Source of the DNA: Vicugna vicugna
Lineage: Eukaryota
NCBI GenBank assembly: GCA_013265495.1
Contig: MU058540.1
Location: 457,696 to 521,695, forward strand
Length of the DNA stretch: 64,000 nt
Reading direction: 5' to 3'
The position numbers and the translations under genes were made by a program. Below the pieces are notes generated by a model, which did no database searches, was not told where the DNA came from, and saw only the letters and a list, made by a program, of their open reading frames with translations. Numbering within the stretch: position 1 is the first letter of the stretch; the number at the start of each line of letters is the position of its first letter. This document shows positions 29,550 through 43,559 of the stretch, piece after piece.

Positions 29550-32100
29550 CAGACATCTCCTGCAGCTAGAGGGCAGATTGAGCTGAAACTCAAGTACAGG
29601 ACTTGATTGTAAGAGTAGCAGAATTATAGAATTCACTTAATTCACAGCCCTGTTAAGACTCCTACATCAAAATCAGTGCCCTGATAAGGAGAGAGTGGCA
29701 CCCTGATATCCCTGACACCTGGGATGGAGTTACCTATATGGACACACTTGAAAACCTTGAACCCTAGATTCCCCTGAATTCTCTAGACCTAAAGAAGTGT
29801 CCCATTTCCCCCTTGTTGGGAGATGATAGTTTCTCCTTATTCAGAAGTATGTGGAAGCTACATCTGAGGCAGTTGCCTTGTAAGTGATACCTGCCCTCCC
29901 CAAGATTTGCCCCCAAACTCCTTCATGACTTCTAGGCTAATAATTTGGATCATTTTTTGTTATGGCCCAATTGGGGAAATACTGACTTCACTTTGGGAGA
30001 AAAGAAATTATTCACTAAAAGAGTTACAGAATCTGGGTAATATGTACCTGTAGTAACTGGAAGAATATGCCCAGGGATGGAGATTTTGAAGGTGCTGGAA
30101 CAAGGGGATTAGAATATAAGACTGGATAAAGAAGCATATATTAATATAAAGACACTCTCTTGTGACTTAGGATTTAACTCCTGGCAAAGACACCTAGAAC
30201 TGATCCTAGCACATCACTGAGAAAGCTCCTTGAAGCTTGGAATAACAGTACCCTATGGTGAGAGAGGTGCTGGAACTGCCTTGGAAAAGTTAAAATGTAG
30301 ACATGCTAGAATAAATTTACCTTTATCAAAGAACTCAACAGTTGACTGTGTTCCCTAGGAGGCCAGAGGATACTCCCCTCAATAAAGCAATAAGAAATCT
30401 GCTAGAGATGAGCACTGACATTGTTGAGAATATCAGTAGTAGCTGTTCTTTGAAAGCTAGGATTCATCATAGAGAAGGCTGATAAAGTACTGAAGTCCCT
30501 AGTGTCAATGGAGATGATAGGATTTTTAACCAGTAGAGGTCCTGACTTAATTGTCAGTGCTAAGGCAGACATAATTACCACAATAGGCAGCAAAGTAAGA
30601 ATGGCAACCAGAGGGAAGAGACTGATGGAGATCTGTGGCAATGGCTAATAGGCCATGGTATGCCCAGTGCAAGATAGACAGAAAGCCGATTAGGCTATTA
30701 CTCAATCTACATAACCAAAAAAAGATCAAGAGTGAATGAGTCTTGAGGAGGGCATAGCTCAGTGGTTAGAGTATATGTTTAGCATGCACGAGGTCCTGAG
30801 TTCAGTACCTCCATTAAGATAACTAACTAAATAAATAAACCTAGTTACCCCCAAACAAACAAAAGAGTGAATGAGCCAAAGGCTGATGTTTGCTACTGAA
30901 AAGGAAAAATCATGATCCCTCATTCAATTGCTAGACTGGAGACAGTTCTTAGACCCAGAGAAGACTGAATTATCTTGAGGAAGGACTCTGACAGCACAGT
31001 AGCAGTTCCTCTAATCCTAAAGGGACCTATTGTAATTTACTAAGGTAACTGTACACAGGACAAAGGAGGAACAATAAGATCTTTTGAGAGATGTTGGTTT
31101 TAGAATCTGTGGTGACGCTGGTATCAGGATACCCAAAGTGACATCATGACCTCCTTATTAAGTAGTATATGGAGGCTGGGTGATAAATGGTGTCCTGGAC
31201 CAAGTTTTTCTCAGCAGAGCTTGGTCCATGAGGACATGATGAGACTATTGCTGATGTGGAGAAAGTTTTAGTGGTCTCAGTAGAAAATCAGTGGTTCTCA
31301 TAGGTCTGTGAACCAATCCTCTGATAATATCCCTACCAGAGAATGGATCTATTTAGATAGAACTCTCACATTGGCTTGTCTAATATATGAAGTAGGAGCC
31401 ATAATGATGGGAAAATACTAGTAAAAGCTCCCAAAACAATCTTTCCTACCATCTGCCAAGCCAAGATATATTAAATAAATTCGTTTTGCATCCCACATGG
31501 AATGACAGATTAATATCAACATGAAATACTTAAAGAATGCAGTTGTTATATATTTTATTTCCATTTTTTCACCACTGTGGCTCCTGTGAAAACCAGTATG
31601 ACTATGATGGATGATGGTGAACTATTTGATAATCCAACATAGACTCTGGGTCTTGGTATATGGGTTTTGATCTGGTCATAGTATCCTCTTCTATCTCCAT
31701 CAGGAAGGAAGACCAGAAACAGTTCACATTCACATGGAATAAGCAGCAGTGTACAGTCATGGTCTTTCCCAGGGCTACTCTCTTGCTCCCTCTCTTGCTC
31801 TCTCTGTCACAATATAGGCTAACATTACCTTGATCATCTGGACATTCCCCAGAATATTATACTGATCCACTATATATTTTTTTTCAAGGCACTTGTTTTT
31901 TTTATTTTTAACAAGTAATAGTCATTTTACCTGATCCACTATATTGAAAACGTCTTAGACTAGGGAGCAGGAAGTAGCAAGTACTCTGGATGTCCTCATA
32001 AGACACAGGTATACCAGAGGGTAGGAGATAAACTACACACAGATTCAGGGGTGTCTCATATTGCTGAAGAATTAGGAATCCAGTGATTTTGGACATGATG
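29550..32100 (+). mobile_element. ERVL internal (gag/pro/pol) remnant
   Basis: ERVL-like segments (gaattccctgaa-like, gaaggtgctggaacaagggg...gaatataagactggat, cagaaacagttcacattcacatgg = RT-like); no open ORF. Confidence 0.65.
30745..30862 (+). mobile_element. tRNA-Ala-derived SINE inserted in ERVL
   Basis: SINE head; flanking direct repeat aagagtgaatgag (30728-30740, 30863-30875). Confidence 0.85.
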
Positions 32101-34494
32101 AGTCTTATTGCTGATGTGGAGAAAGTTTTAGTGGTCTTGATAGAAAATCAAACCAGCCACAATATTCCCTTAAGCTAAAGCCTAATCTTAAAGAGCAAGG
32201 TCCTAATTCTCTTCAATTCTCTAAAGGCTGAGAGAGGTGGGGAAAATGCAGAAGAAAATGTGAAGCCATCAGAGGTTGGTTCATAAGGTTTAAACAAAGC
32301 AACTTCCATAACATAAAAGTGCAAGGTGAAGGCAGCAAGTGCTGATGTAGAGACTGCAGGAAGTTTCCACAAGAGCTAGCTAGGATAGTTCATGAAAGTG
32401 GCTACATTAAACAACAGATTTTCAATGCAGATGAAACAGCCTTATATTGGAAAAGGATGCCATTTAAGACTTTCATAGCTAGAGAGGAGAACTCAGTGTC
32501 TGACTTCAGAGCTTCAAAGGATAAGACCCTCTTGTTAGGGGCTAATGCAGCTGGTGACTTTAAGTTGAAGCTAGTGCTCATTTGCCCTTCCAAAAACCCT
32601 TGGGTCCTTAAGAATTGTGCCAAATTTACTCTGCTTGTGCTCTATAAATGAAATTTTAAAAAGCCTGAATGACAGCACATCTGTTTACAACATGGCTTAC
32701 TTAATATTTTAAGTCCACTATTGACACCTACTGCTCAGAAAAAGATACCTTTCAAAATATTACTGCTAGTTGACAATGCACCTGGTCACCCAAGACCTCT
32801 GATGGAGATGTACAACAAGGTTAATTGTTGTTTTCATACCTGCTAACACAACATCGATTCTGCAGCCCATGGACCAAGGAGTGATTTTGACTTTCAAGTC
32901 TAATTGTGTAAGAAATACGTTTTGTAAGGCTATAGCTGTCATAGATTGTGATTCCTCTGATGGAGCTGGGCAGAGTGAATTAGAAACATTCTGGAAAAGA
33001 TTTGCCATTCTAGATGCCATTAAGACGAGTAAGAACATTTGTGATTCGTGGGAAGAGGTCAAAATATCAACAATAACAGGAATTTGGAAGAAGTTGATTC
33101 CAGCCCTCATGGATGATTTTGAGGGGTTCAGTAGAGGAAGTAACTGCAGATGTGGTGGAAATAGCAAGAGAACTAGCATTAGAAGTACAGCCTGAAGATG
33201 TGACTGAATTGCTGCAATAATAACATGATAAAACTAACAGATAAGGAGTTGCTTCTTTTTGATGGGCAGAGAAAGTGGTTTCCTGAGATGGAATGTATTC
33301 CTGAAGATACTGTGAAGATTGTTGAAATGACAACAAAGGATTTAGAATACTACATAAACTCAGTTGATAAAGCAGCAGCAGGTTTGAGAGGATTGACTCC
33401 AATTTTGAAAGAAGGTATACTGTGGGCAAAATGTTACCAAACAGTGTTGCATGCTACAGAGAAATCATTTGTGATAAGAAGTCAACTGATGCAGCAAACT
33501 TCACTGTTGTTTTATTTTTAAGAAGTTGCCAAGCTGCCCCAGCTTTCAGCAACCATCAGTCTGATCAGTCAGCAGCCATCAACATAGAGGCAAGACCCTC
33601 CACCAGCAAAAAGATTGACTTGAGATGATGGTTAGCATTTTTTAGCAATAAAGTTTTTATTTTTAAATTAAAACTTAATATTTGATATTTTAAAAATTGT
33701 TTTTAGACATAATGCTATTATTCAAAAATTGCTTTTTGACACATAATGCTATTGCAAAAATAGCATTCAAAAATTGTTTTTTAGATAAAAATTAATTTTT
33801 TAGACATAATGCTATTTGCACACTTAATAGACTACAGTATATTTACAATAGCCAAGATATGGAAGCAACCTAAGTGTCCATCAACAGATGAATGGATAAA
33901 GATGTGGTATATATAACAGAATACTACTCTACCATGAAAAAGAATGAAATTTTGCCATTTGCAACAACATGGATGGACTTGGAGGGTACTATGCTAAGTG
34001 AAATAAATCAGACAGAAAAAGACAAATACTGTCTAATATCACTTATATGTGGAATCTAAAAAAATACAACAAACTGATGAATATAACAAAGAAGAAACAG
34101 ACTGACAAATACAGAGAACAAACTAGTGGTTATGGGGAGAAGGAAGGGGAAGAGGCAAGTTTTAGTGGTAAAGGATTAAGAGGTACAAGCTACTATGTAT
34201 AAAATAAATAAGCTACAAAGATATATAGTACAACATAAGGACTATAGCCAATGTTTTATAATAACTATAAATGGAATATAACCTTTAAAACTTGTGAATC
34301 ACTATGTTGTATGTCTGAAGCTTATAGAATATTGACATCAACTACACTTCAATTTAAAAGAGACTACAGTATAGTATGAACATAACTTTTATTTGCACTG
34401 GGAAAACAAAAAAATTTTGTCTCACTTTATTGCAATATTTGTTTTACTGGGGTGGTCTGGAACCAAACCCACAATATTTCTGAGGAATGCCTGT
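32101..34494 (+). mobile_element. 5'-truncated Tigger1 (pogo) transposon, interrupted by L1
   Basis: Transposase remnants [65 protein letters not shown]; 3' TIR-like end ...tctgaggaatgcctg followed by ta. Confidence 0.9.
33842..34360 (+). mobile_element. L1 3' end inserted into Tigger1 with a 13-bp TSD
   Basis: L1 ORF2 end and 3' UTR; agactacagtata at 33829-33841 and 34361-34373. Confidence 0.88.
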
Positions 34495-34499
34495 ATTAG

Positions 34500-35460
34500 T
34501 GAGGGGGTCATCCACACCTTTGAAAAGTTCTGTGGTTGCTCTCTGCTGTGGGCCAATTATGACTGTAGAGGATGCCACCTTTCAGATGGGCTCCTGATTT
34601 TAGTGAGGATGATGGTACTCCATTGTGCAGAAGCCAAGTGGGAGCACTTAACCATCAACTGTAAGACCATCAAGAATATTTCAGTAATAGGAACATTTTG
34701 GTCTGTGGAGATCTTTAGTGGTAGCAAATTGATCATGGTGTCCCTAGGAACAAAACAGGTAATCAATCTACTAGAATATTGCTTGATCTATATAACAGGA
34801 AAAACTCTAGGTCTGGTAGCCAAAACCTTGGCTTGAGTCACCACCATAGTGGAGAATTATGCCTTCTCTCCCAGTTTCCAGACTTAAGTCAGTTCACAGA
34901 CCCAGAGCCCTTTGAAAAGGCTACGTTCCCTTGAGGAAGGACCTTGCACCACTGCCACAAGTAAACACCTCAATCTTCCTCTAAGCATTTCCCAAAGGGA
35001 CATGTAGCCATTTACTAGAGTGAGTGTACACTGCGGAAAAGGAAGTACCCAGACCTTTCAGGGAAATAACTCACCCTAGTTATTTCCCTGGTTATTGGAA
35101 TTATAATTGGAATAGATATATTTGGCAACTGGCAGAATCCCCACATCAGCTCTGACCTATGGGATCATTATAGGGTCACTATGGTAGGCAGGTCTAAGTG
35201 GAAGCCTCTGGAATTTCCATCCCTTAAACCAGAAGCAATACTGCATCCCTGGGGGAAATGCAAAGAATGATGCTCCCATCAAAGACTTGAAAGAAGCAGG
35301 GATGGCAATTCCTAACTCTTCCCATTTAATTCACCAGTTTGGCCTGTGCAAAAGTCAGATGGATCTTAGAAAAATTACCATGGACTATCATAAACTTAAT
35401 CTGATTGCAGATACTGTCCAGATCTAGTCTCTTTACTGTGTTTACTGTAATAGCTTTTAC
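34500..35460 (+). mobile_element. Second ERVL internal fragment (gag end/pro/RT)
   Basis: ccagtttccagacttaagtcagttcacagacccagagccc; ttcccatttaattcaccagtttggcctgtgcaaaagtcagatggatc (SPFNSPVWPVQKSDGS-like RT start). Confidence 0.7.
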
Positions 35461-35469
35461 CAGACCTAT

Positions 35470-36800
35470 GAATCATCTAGAAACTGTGTCTGTATTTTAA
35501 ATTTACAAAAATATGGAGCTTTAAAAGTATATTTAATAAAACAGATTTCTAACTTAATTGTTTTGTGGTCTAAGCATATGGTCTTAACATGATAATAAAC
35601 TTGTAATTTGTTAAGACTTATTTTGAGTCCTAATACATAGTCAATTTTTGCCATTTTTGTAAATGACAGGAATGTTAATTCTCTAATTATTGTATGAAAA
35701 ATTGCTTATCTGTGGTGTGCTAATATATTTCTTACAAATTTTGTCTGCTTGATCTAGAAATTTCTGAGAGACATATGTTAAAATCTCCCATTGTCATTAG
35801 GAATTATGAATGTCTCCTTATAATTCCGTCAGTTTTTGCATATAAGCTGTATGAGTCTATGCATACAAATTAAGAATTTTATGTGTATAGGCTGTATGAG
35901 TCTATGCATACAAATTAAGAATTATTAATTCCTCCTTATGAATTATATCATCTGTGATTATGTACAGATCCTCTTCATTTCTAATAATACTTTCCTTTGG
36001 TTAATTTTTGTCTGGTATGTTTTTTTCCATTCATTTATTTTTAACTTTTCTGTGTCTCTTTTCAAATGAACTTTAGTATATAGCATATAGCTCTGTATTT
36101 AAAAATCATTAAACCCAATAATCCTTGGAAAAATGGAAAATTGTATTTTTTGTGATTAGGGATATATTTGGATTTATTGCTATGATCTTGTGTTTTTTTC
36201 TTTTTTTTCTTTTTTCTCTTTTAAAAAATTTTTAAAATTTATTTTAATTTTTTTAATTTTTACTTATTTATTTTGTATCTTGTGTTCTATTTTGTGATTT
36301 TCCTGTGCTGCTTCTTTCCCCTTTCTTGCTTGCATTTGGAATGATTGACTGTGTTTTCTTTTTTTCCTTTATTTCTTCTCTAATGGCTTGTAAGTTATAT
36401 TTTCTGTTTCCATTCTTTTAGTAAATGTATTTTATATTTTAACATGCATACTTGACAAGTCTAAAGGTGGTTAACTTATGTACCTTTTTCAGTAGGGATT
36501 CTCTGATTGCTACTACACTGACCACCTTCTTTCCATCTGGTATGTTAATAGGTCCAGCATTCAGGTGTGTCGTATTTTATCCTTCACCTTGTTGTTATTG
36601 TTGCTTTATACAGGCAATAACTGTTTAAATGTACTCAAGTCTTTATTTGTATACTTTTCTCTCTTGCATTTCAGTGTTTGGTTTCCTTCATCTTGAAATA
36701 CATTCCTTAGGAATCTTTCACTGAGGTTGTGTAAGTGATAAACTCTGAGTTTTTCTTTGGATAGAAATGACTTTATTTTACCTTCACTTAAAAAAATAAT
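35470..36800 (-). mobile_element. Old L1 ORF2 (endonuclease region) fragment
   Basis: Minus ORF AKIDYVLGLKISLNKL...LDHKTIKLEI resembles L1 EN SRIDH.LG.K..L.K...SDH..IKLEI. Confidence 0.7.
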
Positions 36801-38699
36801 TTACTTCATATTTTAAAAATCCATAATTTAGATATCTTGATATTCCAATCTTAAATATTTGTGTCTACATTTTAAAAAGAACTTTTGCTTACAGAGCCAA
36901 GTTGATGTTAACACATCTAACAAAATGAATAGTAATTTCTTTATATCATCTAATATCCACCCCATATTCTGATTTTGTCAATTATCCTAATAATATCTGG
37001 TTTTCCAAATCGGATCCAACCCAGAACGACATACTGCATTAGTTTATTTTTGTGTCCCTTAAGCCCCTTTCAATCTTGAACAGTCGCTTTTTTTCATGAC
37101 ATTGATTAACTGAATAGACAAAGCTGCTTGTCCCGTGGAATATCCCACCTCCTGGGTCTGACTGCTTCCATATGGTGGTGTTCAGCGTGTTTCTCTTTCC
37201 TCTAGATTTCCTTTAAACTGCAGGTTAGATCCAAAGGCTTGATTAGATTTAAATCAAACGTTATTAGCTAGATCACATCACAGGTGATGCAATATTCATA
37301 CCAGAAGACAATAATATCTTACTGATCCATCTGTTATGTAAGTATTCTTGTACAAAGTTATATGCTAATATTGTACTCTTTGTTAATGGTTTATTTCATA
37401 TTTTTTCCTAGACAGAACTTCTGTGCGATTCCAGTGAGGATATAATAAACAAGAGACTGGGAAGAGTGTTGGAAAAAATCATGCTGAAGATGGTGGGCAT
37501 ACACATTTAGCTTCCAACTAGCATGAGTTGGAACCACTTGGAATATGCCTCTGCGCAGGTAGGAGAATTTTTTTAGGATATAAATCTAAGGAGTAGCCTT
37601 GCTGGGTAAGAGGAAATTTTATCTTTAACTTTACTACGTGATACCAGATTACTCTCCAGTTAGCCCATTTACACCTCCACCAGCAGCGTGTAGAATAGAC
37701 ATTTATCTTCCCCAACAACTGATATTTTCAGATTTTTTTTTTACTTTTGCCAATATCATTCTGTGAAATAATACCTCATCGTGGTTTTTAAAAAATTATT
37801 ACAGACGTCATGACATTTCATCCCTAAATTCTTGAATGTTCATCTTATGAAAATAAGGACATTTCCTACCTAACCTCAATATCACCTTATACCACCTGTA
37901 CTCAGTCTATATTCCTGTTCCTCCAATTGCCTAAAGAATCAGTAAGCATTTAGGTAAACCTAAACAGGTGCTGACAGTATACTGGCGGTTTGTTCAGTCA
38001 CCTTCATTCTCGGCTGATGGTGTAGCAGGGTGTAATGGTCTACGTTGTCAGATATTCCCTCCAAGAACTATGAAGACAGTAGTCCTCTGTCTTCTGGTTT
38101 CCGTAGTTGCTGTTGAGAAATTTACTATTTGTCTAGGCATCACTGCTTTATGGAAAGCATGTATTTTCTTTCTGGTTTCATTTCAAATATTCCCCCATCT
38201 TTGAGTTCTTCAATTTCTTTCTGATGTATCTGGGCGAGGATTTAGTGTATCTTGGGACTCATTTCCTGAGACTGAGAATTCTTGTCCAAAATCAGTTCTG
38301 GATAATGATCAACCATGATCTGTTCTGATCCTCTCATTATCTGTCTGTTGTAAGAGCCTAAAATTGTGCCTGGCACACATTATGTATTTATAAATAGTTG
38401 TTGAATGAATTTGTAAATAAATGAGCATTTTTCTCCACTCCCCCTCATTCTTTCTATTCTCTCCTGCTCAAAATTTTTTCAGATATTTGTTAGAACCATT
38501 TCATTTTATCTGCCATGCCTCTTCCTCTCTTTTACATATTTTTTTGTCTCTTTCTGTTTCTGAGCTTCATTTCAGATCATTTTTTAGGTCAGATTTACCT
38601 TCCAAGTGCCCAATTCTAACCTCAGCTACTTCTAATCTTCTGTTTAACCCATCCATTGTGTTCATATTAATCATTTGTAATCATCGATACTTGGCTAAT

Positions 38700-39850
38700 C
38701 TTTTTTTTAAATTGAAGTATAGTCAGTTTACAATGTGTCAATTTGTGATGTTACCACACACACAGCATAGAAGTTCAGCCATACATGTTATGTATATATT
38801 ATTTTTCATTATAGATACATTATTTTTCATTATAGGTTACTACAAGGTATTAAACATAGTTCCCTGTGCTATTCACTGGAAGCTTGTTGTTTGTCTATTT
38901 TATATGTAATAGTATCTGCAAATCTCAGACTCCCAATTTATCCCTTCCCATCCCCTTCCCCGCTGGTAACCATAAGTTTGTTTTTTATCTGTGAGTCTGT
39001 TTCTGTTGTGTCAATAAGTTCATTTGGTTTTTTTTAGATTCCACATATAGGGTATTTTTCTTTTTCTTTCTGGCTTATTTCACTGAGAATGACAATCTCC
39101 AGGTCTATCCATGTTGCTGCAAATAACATTATTTTATTATTATTTATGGCTGAGTAGTATTCCATTGTATAAATATACCACATCTTCTTTATCCAGTCAT
39201 CTGTCGAGAGACATTTAGATAGTTTCATGTCTTGGCTATTGTAAATAGTGCTGCTGTTAACATTGAGGTACAGGTATCTTTTTGAATTAAGGTTCCCTCT
39301 GGATATATGCCCAGGAGTGGGATTGCTGGATCATATGGTAAGTCTATTTTTAGTCTTTTAAGGAATCTCTGTACTGTTTTCTATAATGGCTGCACCAAAC
39401 TACATTCCCACCAAGAGTGTATGAGGGTTCCCTTTTCTTCACACCCTGTCCAGCATTTATTGTTTGTGGACTTTTGAATGATGGTCATTCTGACTGGTGT
39501 GAGGTGGTACCTTATTCTAGTTTTGATTTACATTTCTTTGATAATTAGCGATATTGAGCATCATTTCATGTGCCTATTGGCCATTTGTATATCTTCATTG
39601 GCGAACTGCTTATTTAAGTCTTCTGCCCATTTTTAGATTGGGTTGTTTGTTGTTTTATTATTAAGTTGTATGAGCTATTTATATATTCTGGAAATTAAGC
39701 CCTTGTCAGTCTCATCTTTTGCAAATATTTTCTCCCATTTTGTAGGTTGTCTTTTTGTTTTGCTTATGGTTTCCTTTGCTGTGCAAAAGCTTATAAGTTT
39801 AATTAGGTCCTATTTGTTTATTTTTACTTTTGTTTCTGTTACCTGGGTAG
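38700..39850 (-). mobile_element. Younger L1 3' portion
   Basis: Minus ORF KCLSTDDWIKKMWYIYTMEYYSAI; continuous antisense ORF2/3' UTR motifs. Confidence 0.88.
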
Positions 39851-42800
39851 GCTGCTGGTGAGTCTTTTTTTTAGTATTCTGTTTCTTTCATGCTTTTGAG
39901 TCTTTGTTTATAACTAGTACTTTTTATCACACTTACAAGCATAAATCTTATAAGTCCATCATCTGAAGTGCTTGAGGGTCTAATCCTGCTGTTTGTTACG
40001 TATGTAAACTCTCGTTCATTGTGGATTATTTCCATGTGGGCTTTCTAATTTTGGATTGAGTTGATGGCCTTAAGACAGACCTTCATATGCTATTGTGAAG
40101 ATTGGATAAATTAACTCACATGAGGATATGTCTCAAGTCCAGATGAAAATAAGATCACATTGAAACAAATATATAGAAGGGGCAGAATGATTCACCAGGT
40201 CATGCTATGTGTAAGAACAAACAAACAAAACAAAAAAACCACAAGAGTAACATGCTTAAATTATCAAACACTGGAAAGAATCACACAAGGGAATAATATT
40301 AAAAACTCTCTCCCATAAACCAGGCATTTTACTTATATTATCTTTAACCTTCATAGCAATTGCAAGGAAGGTGATATTCCCATTTTACAGAGCAGAAACT
40401 GCAATAGAGTCATTAATTTATAGCTAATTGCGGAACCCAACTTAAAACCCAGGTCTGGATGATTATAAAGTTCATGCTCTTTCAAATTCACCCCATTGTC
40501 CCTCTAAACTATTATTAGAAAAAAACATCATTTGGACTACATATGTATTTTGCCCACTTTCAAGTTTAGTTCAGGCCAGTTACCCCCATGGATCATAAAA
40601 ATGTGTTAAATAATTAATGCAAAGGGAAAAAAGAATGCATAAAACTACAAAAGAATTGCATTTTAAGTAGAGAAATTTTAGTTTTTCATTTTCTTTCATT
40701 TTTACAATTTGGGATTTTGTTTATGTACAAAAAAGTCAATTAACAAGAAGCTTTCTTATGAGAAACCCCTAGAGCTCCCAAAATCTAATAAAAATATATC
40801 TGAGCTGAGCATTCCAAATCCAACAAAGCAAACAAGTTTAAATTTAATTCCTTAATAAGGAATTTGCAAATGTAGTCTCAACATAAACAATTTTACATCA
40901 ACAAACCAGGAAGCATTAGAGCCAGTTGGTGGCAGTACATTTCAGCGGTCAGTCCTTTGCTATCCAGACCCAGAGAGGCTGATGGGATGTGCCCACAAGG
41001 AATCTTAGGCTCTGGGCCAGCCCCTCTTGCCTGTCAAACTCTTCCAAGGATCATCTTCCAGGGGTGAGCCAGGGGTGTTCAGGAATTGCCAACTTTTTAA
41101 AATATTGTCAACATAAATTGCACCCAACATAAAATAATACTGACTTCAATAAAAGATTCAATTCAGTATTATATGGTATGAGTTTATGTAAGGTACAGAT
41201 CTGGGTATCTTGATATAATCAGCATTCCACCAAAAGTTGGTGCTTGTCATTTGGTATAAATTTAATATGTAATCTTCACATCTCCGATTTGGCTGTAGGT
41301 TACATTTTATTACATGGACTTTAAAATGTTTAATGCTATTAAGTAGTTAACTAAATAATAAAAATTGATCATTAACTTTGCAAAAGTATCCAAAGAAATA
41401 TGGAAAGATGATTCTGTTAATGTATTTAGCAAAAACAGATGATGCAAATAATTGGAGTCACTGGAAGATTAACTCTCTCCACCTAATTGGTCATATTTGC
41501 ATTTTGGCTGTGAATTTATTTTTGCCAGATTCTGTGAGAAGACCAGCCACCATTACAAAAAATTACTGACATTATAAAAGCATTTTAGTTTTCTAAAATT
41601 GCCATGATGTATAATCTGAATTATTTCTGCTAAAACAAATGAGTACTGAATTTATCCAAAAAAATTAGATGCTTGTAATATTATGACAGCAATACAAATA
41701 CAATATTGTTAAAATTGAATTTTGTAATCATCTCAACATAAAAAAATTCTCCTTGGCTTCCTATTTATTTAGAGCCCCTTAAAGATAAGCCTTCCTCCTT
41801 TTTCAGTTTCCACAGGCTACAGAATGAATTATTCCAAATGAAAACTTTCCACATCTGCCTGAAAAAGCCACTGCCAGCTGCCTGAGGGCCGTCATCCCAG
41901 CTGCTTATAGCCTGTATGGGGCTGGGATAATGGTCCTCACAGTTGTCTCTGCTCAAGGATTTCTCTGAGTTCTGACTCCAGGGTCAGGACTGTTAGGTGG
42001 CGGTGGTACATGTGTCATTGCACAAGGTACTACGGGTGCCTCTCCAGAGGGGAGTACTCTATACATATCCGCCAGCGTTGCTCAAGGATACCAGCTCCCT
42101 GAATCCTGGCATGTTGGCTATTTCCCACCCTTCTAACTTTTGTCTCTCTAATTGGAATAAAGTGGTTCTCTCATTGACAGGAGTTTCTCATTTCATTTAT
42201 TGTATTTATCATTTCTAGAAGTTCAATTTGGTTCCTTTTCAAATCTGCCATATCACTTTTTCTATTTTCCTACTTCCTGCAGATACAGTCAACCTATTTC
42301 TTTAGAATAATACATTTTGTTGTTTTATAGTTTGTATCAGATATTTCAATATCTAAAGTCTTTACATGGGGCTGCCCTTAGGCCACAGGACACCTTATGA
42401 GAATTAGAAAACACGGCCCTCCTTCAAGCACATTTTTTTAAAAGTTAGCATGTTATCATAAAACTGACTGGCTCTGCCAGGGAGAAATTTTCAGCACTCT
42501 GGTGGCACATACATGTATCCAAACTGTCACCCACAACCCCTGGGTTCCCTGGGTGCTGGGGCACACAGCTGTTGATGGACACGTACTCTGTGGCACCCCT
42601 GCCTTCAGGCATCAGATTTGGGGTCTAGCAGGTACAGAAACTGGGCTTCAAGGGCAATGGACTGGAGCCCCAAGTTATCTTTGACTATATGCTGGTCGTT
42701 ATATTTGAAAGCTTATTTGTAGGAATAATTTGAGGACCAGGATGAAGGTAATTTCCTCCATAGAGAATTTGTTTTGCTTCTTCCAGGAGCTGGATGTGTT

Positions 42801-43559
42801 GTCAGTGCTGAGCTACCCAAAGTCAAGGGTTGGGATACCCTGGGTAACCCAGGAAAACAGAACCAGGCTGTCATTCTGGCAAGTTGGCCCACGTCTAGTT
42901 TACCCTCAACCTGGCTTACTGGGGGGAAGGGGTCTCCTATTAGGTTTCCCACAGGGCAGGACCTGAGCTGCGATGGAGACCTATTTATCTCAAGAGGCCA
43001 TCAAAAGGAAAGGTCAAGCCTCCCCTAGTGGGCAAAGGTCCTCGGGCAGAGGGCAGCCGCCGGGCTCCTCCCTCCTTGGTCCCTATTATCTACAGAGTGA
43101 TGCTATCCCATCTTGTCAGTTCTTTACAGGGGACATTTTCAACATTTTATCCAGCTTATTTAGTTGTTTTCAGCAGGAGCATTGCTGGAGAGAATTATCC
43201 TGCTATTACCAGAAAGAGAAGTCCTGTTGTTTTAATTTGGATTTCTCTGATTATCAGTGGTGAATCCCAGCATCTTTTCTTCCGTGGTAGCAGTTCGTTT
43301 CCTCTTCTGTGAAATGCCCACTCATCTCCTGTGTCCTCTTTTCTCATGGCCTCCTGCCTTTCTCTTGTTGATTTGCACGTGTTCCTTGAATACTCTAGGT
43401 ATTAATTCTGTGCTCATTTAATATATCTTTTCCTAGTCTGTATCCATCCAATACCTTGATGATGTCCTTTCCTAAACAGAAATCCTGTGGACAAATTTAA
43501 TGTATTGATCTCCTCTAGAAGGTTTGCAGTGTGCTGGTATTGTCCCTCACGACTGTTGT

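Noticed and set aside
32101..33630. Domesticated TIGD-like transposase gene
   Set aside because: 5'-truncated and broken by several stops and frameshifts; consistent with a neutrally decaying Tigger1
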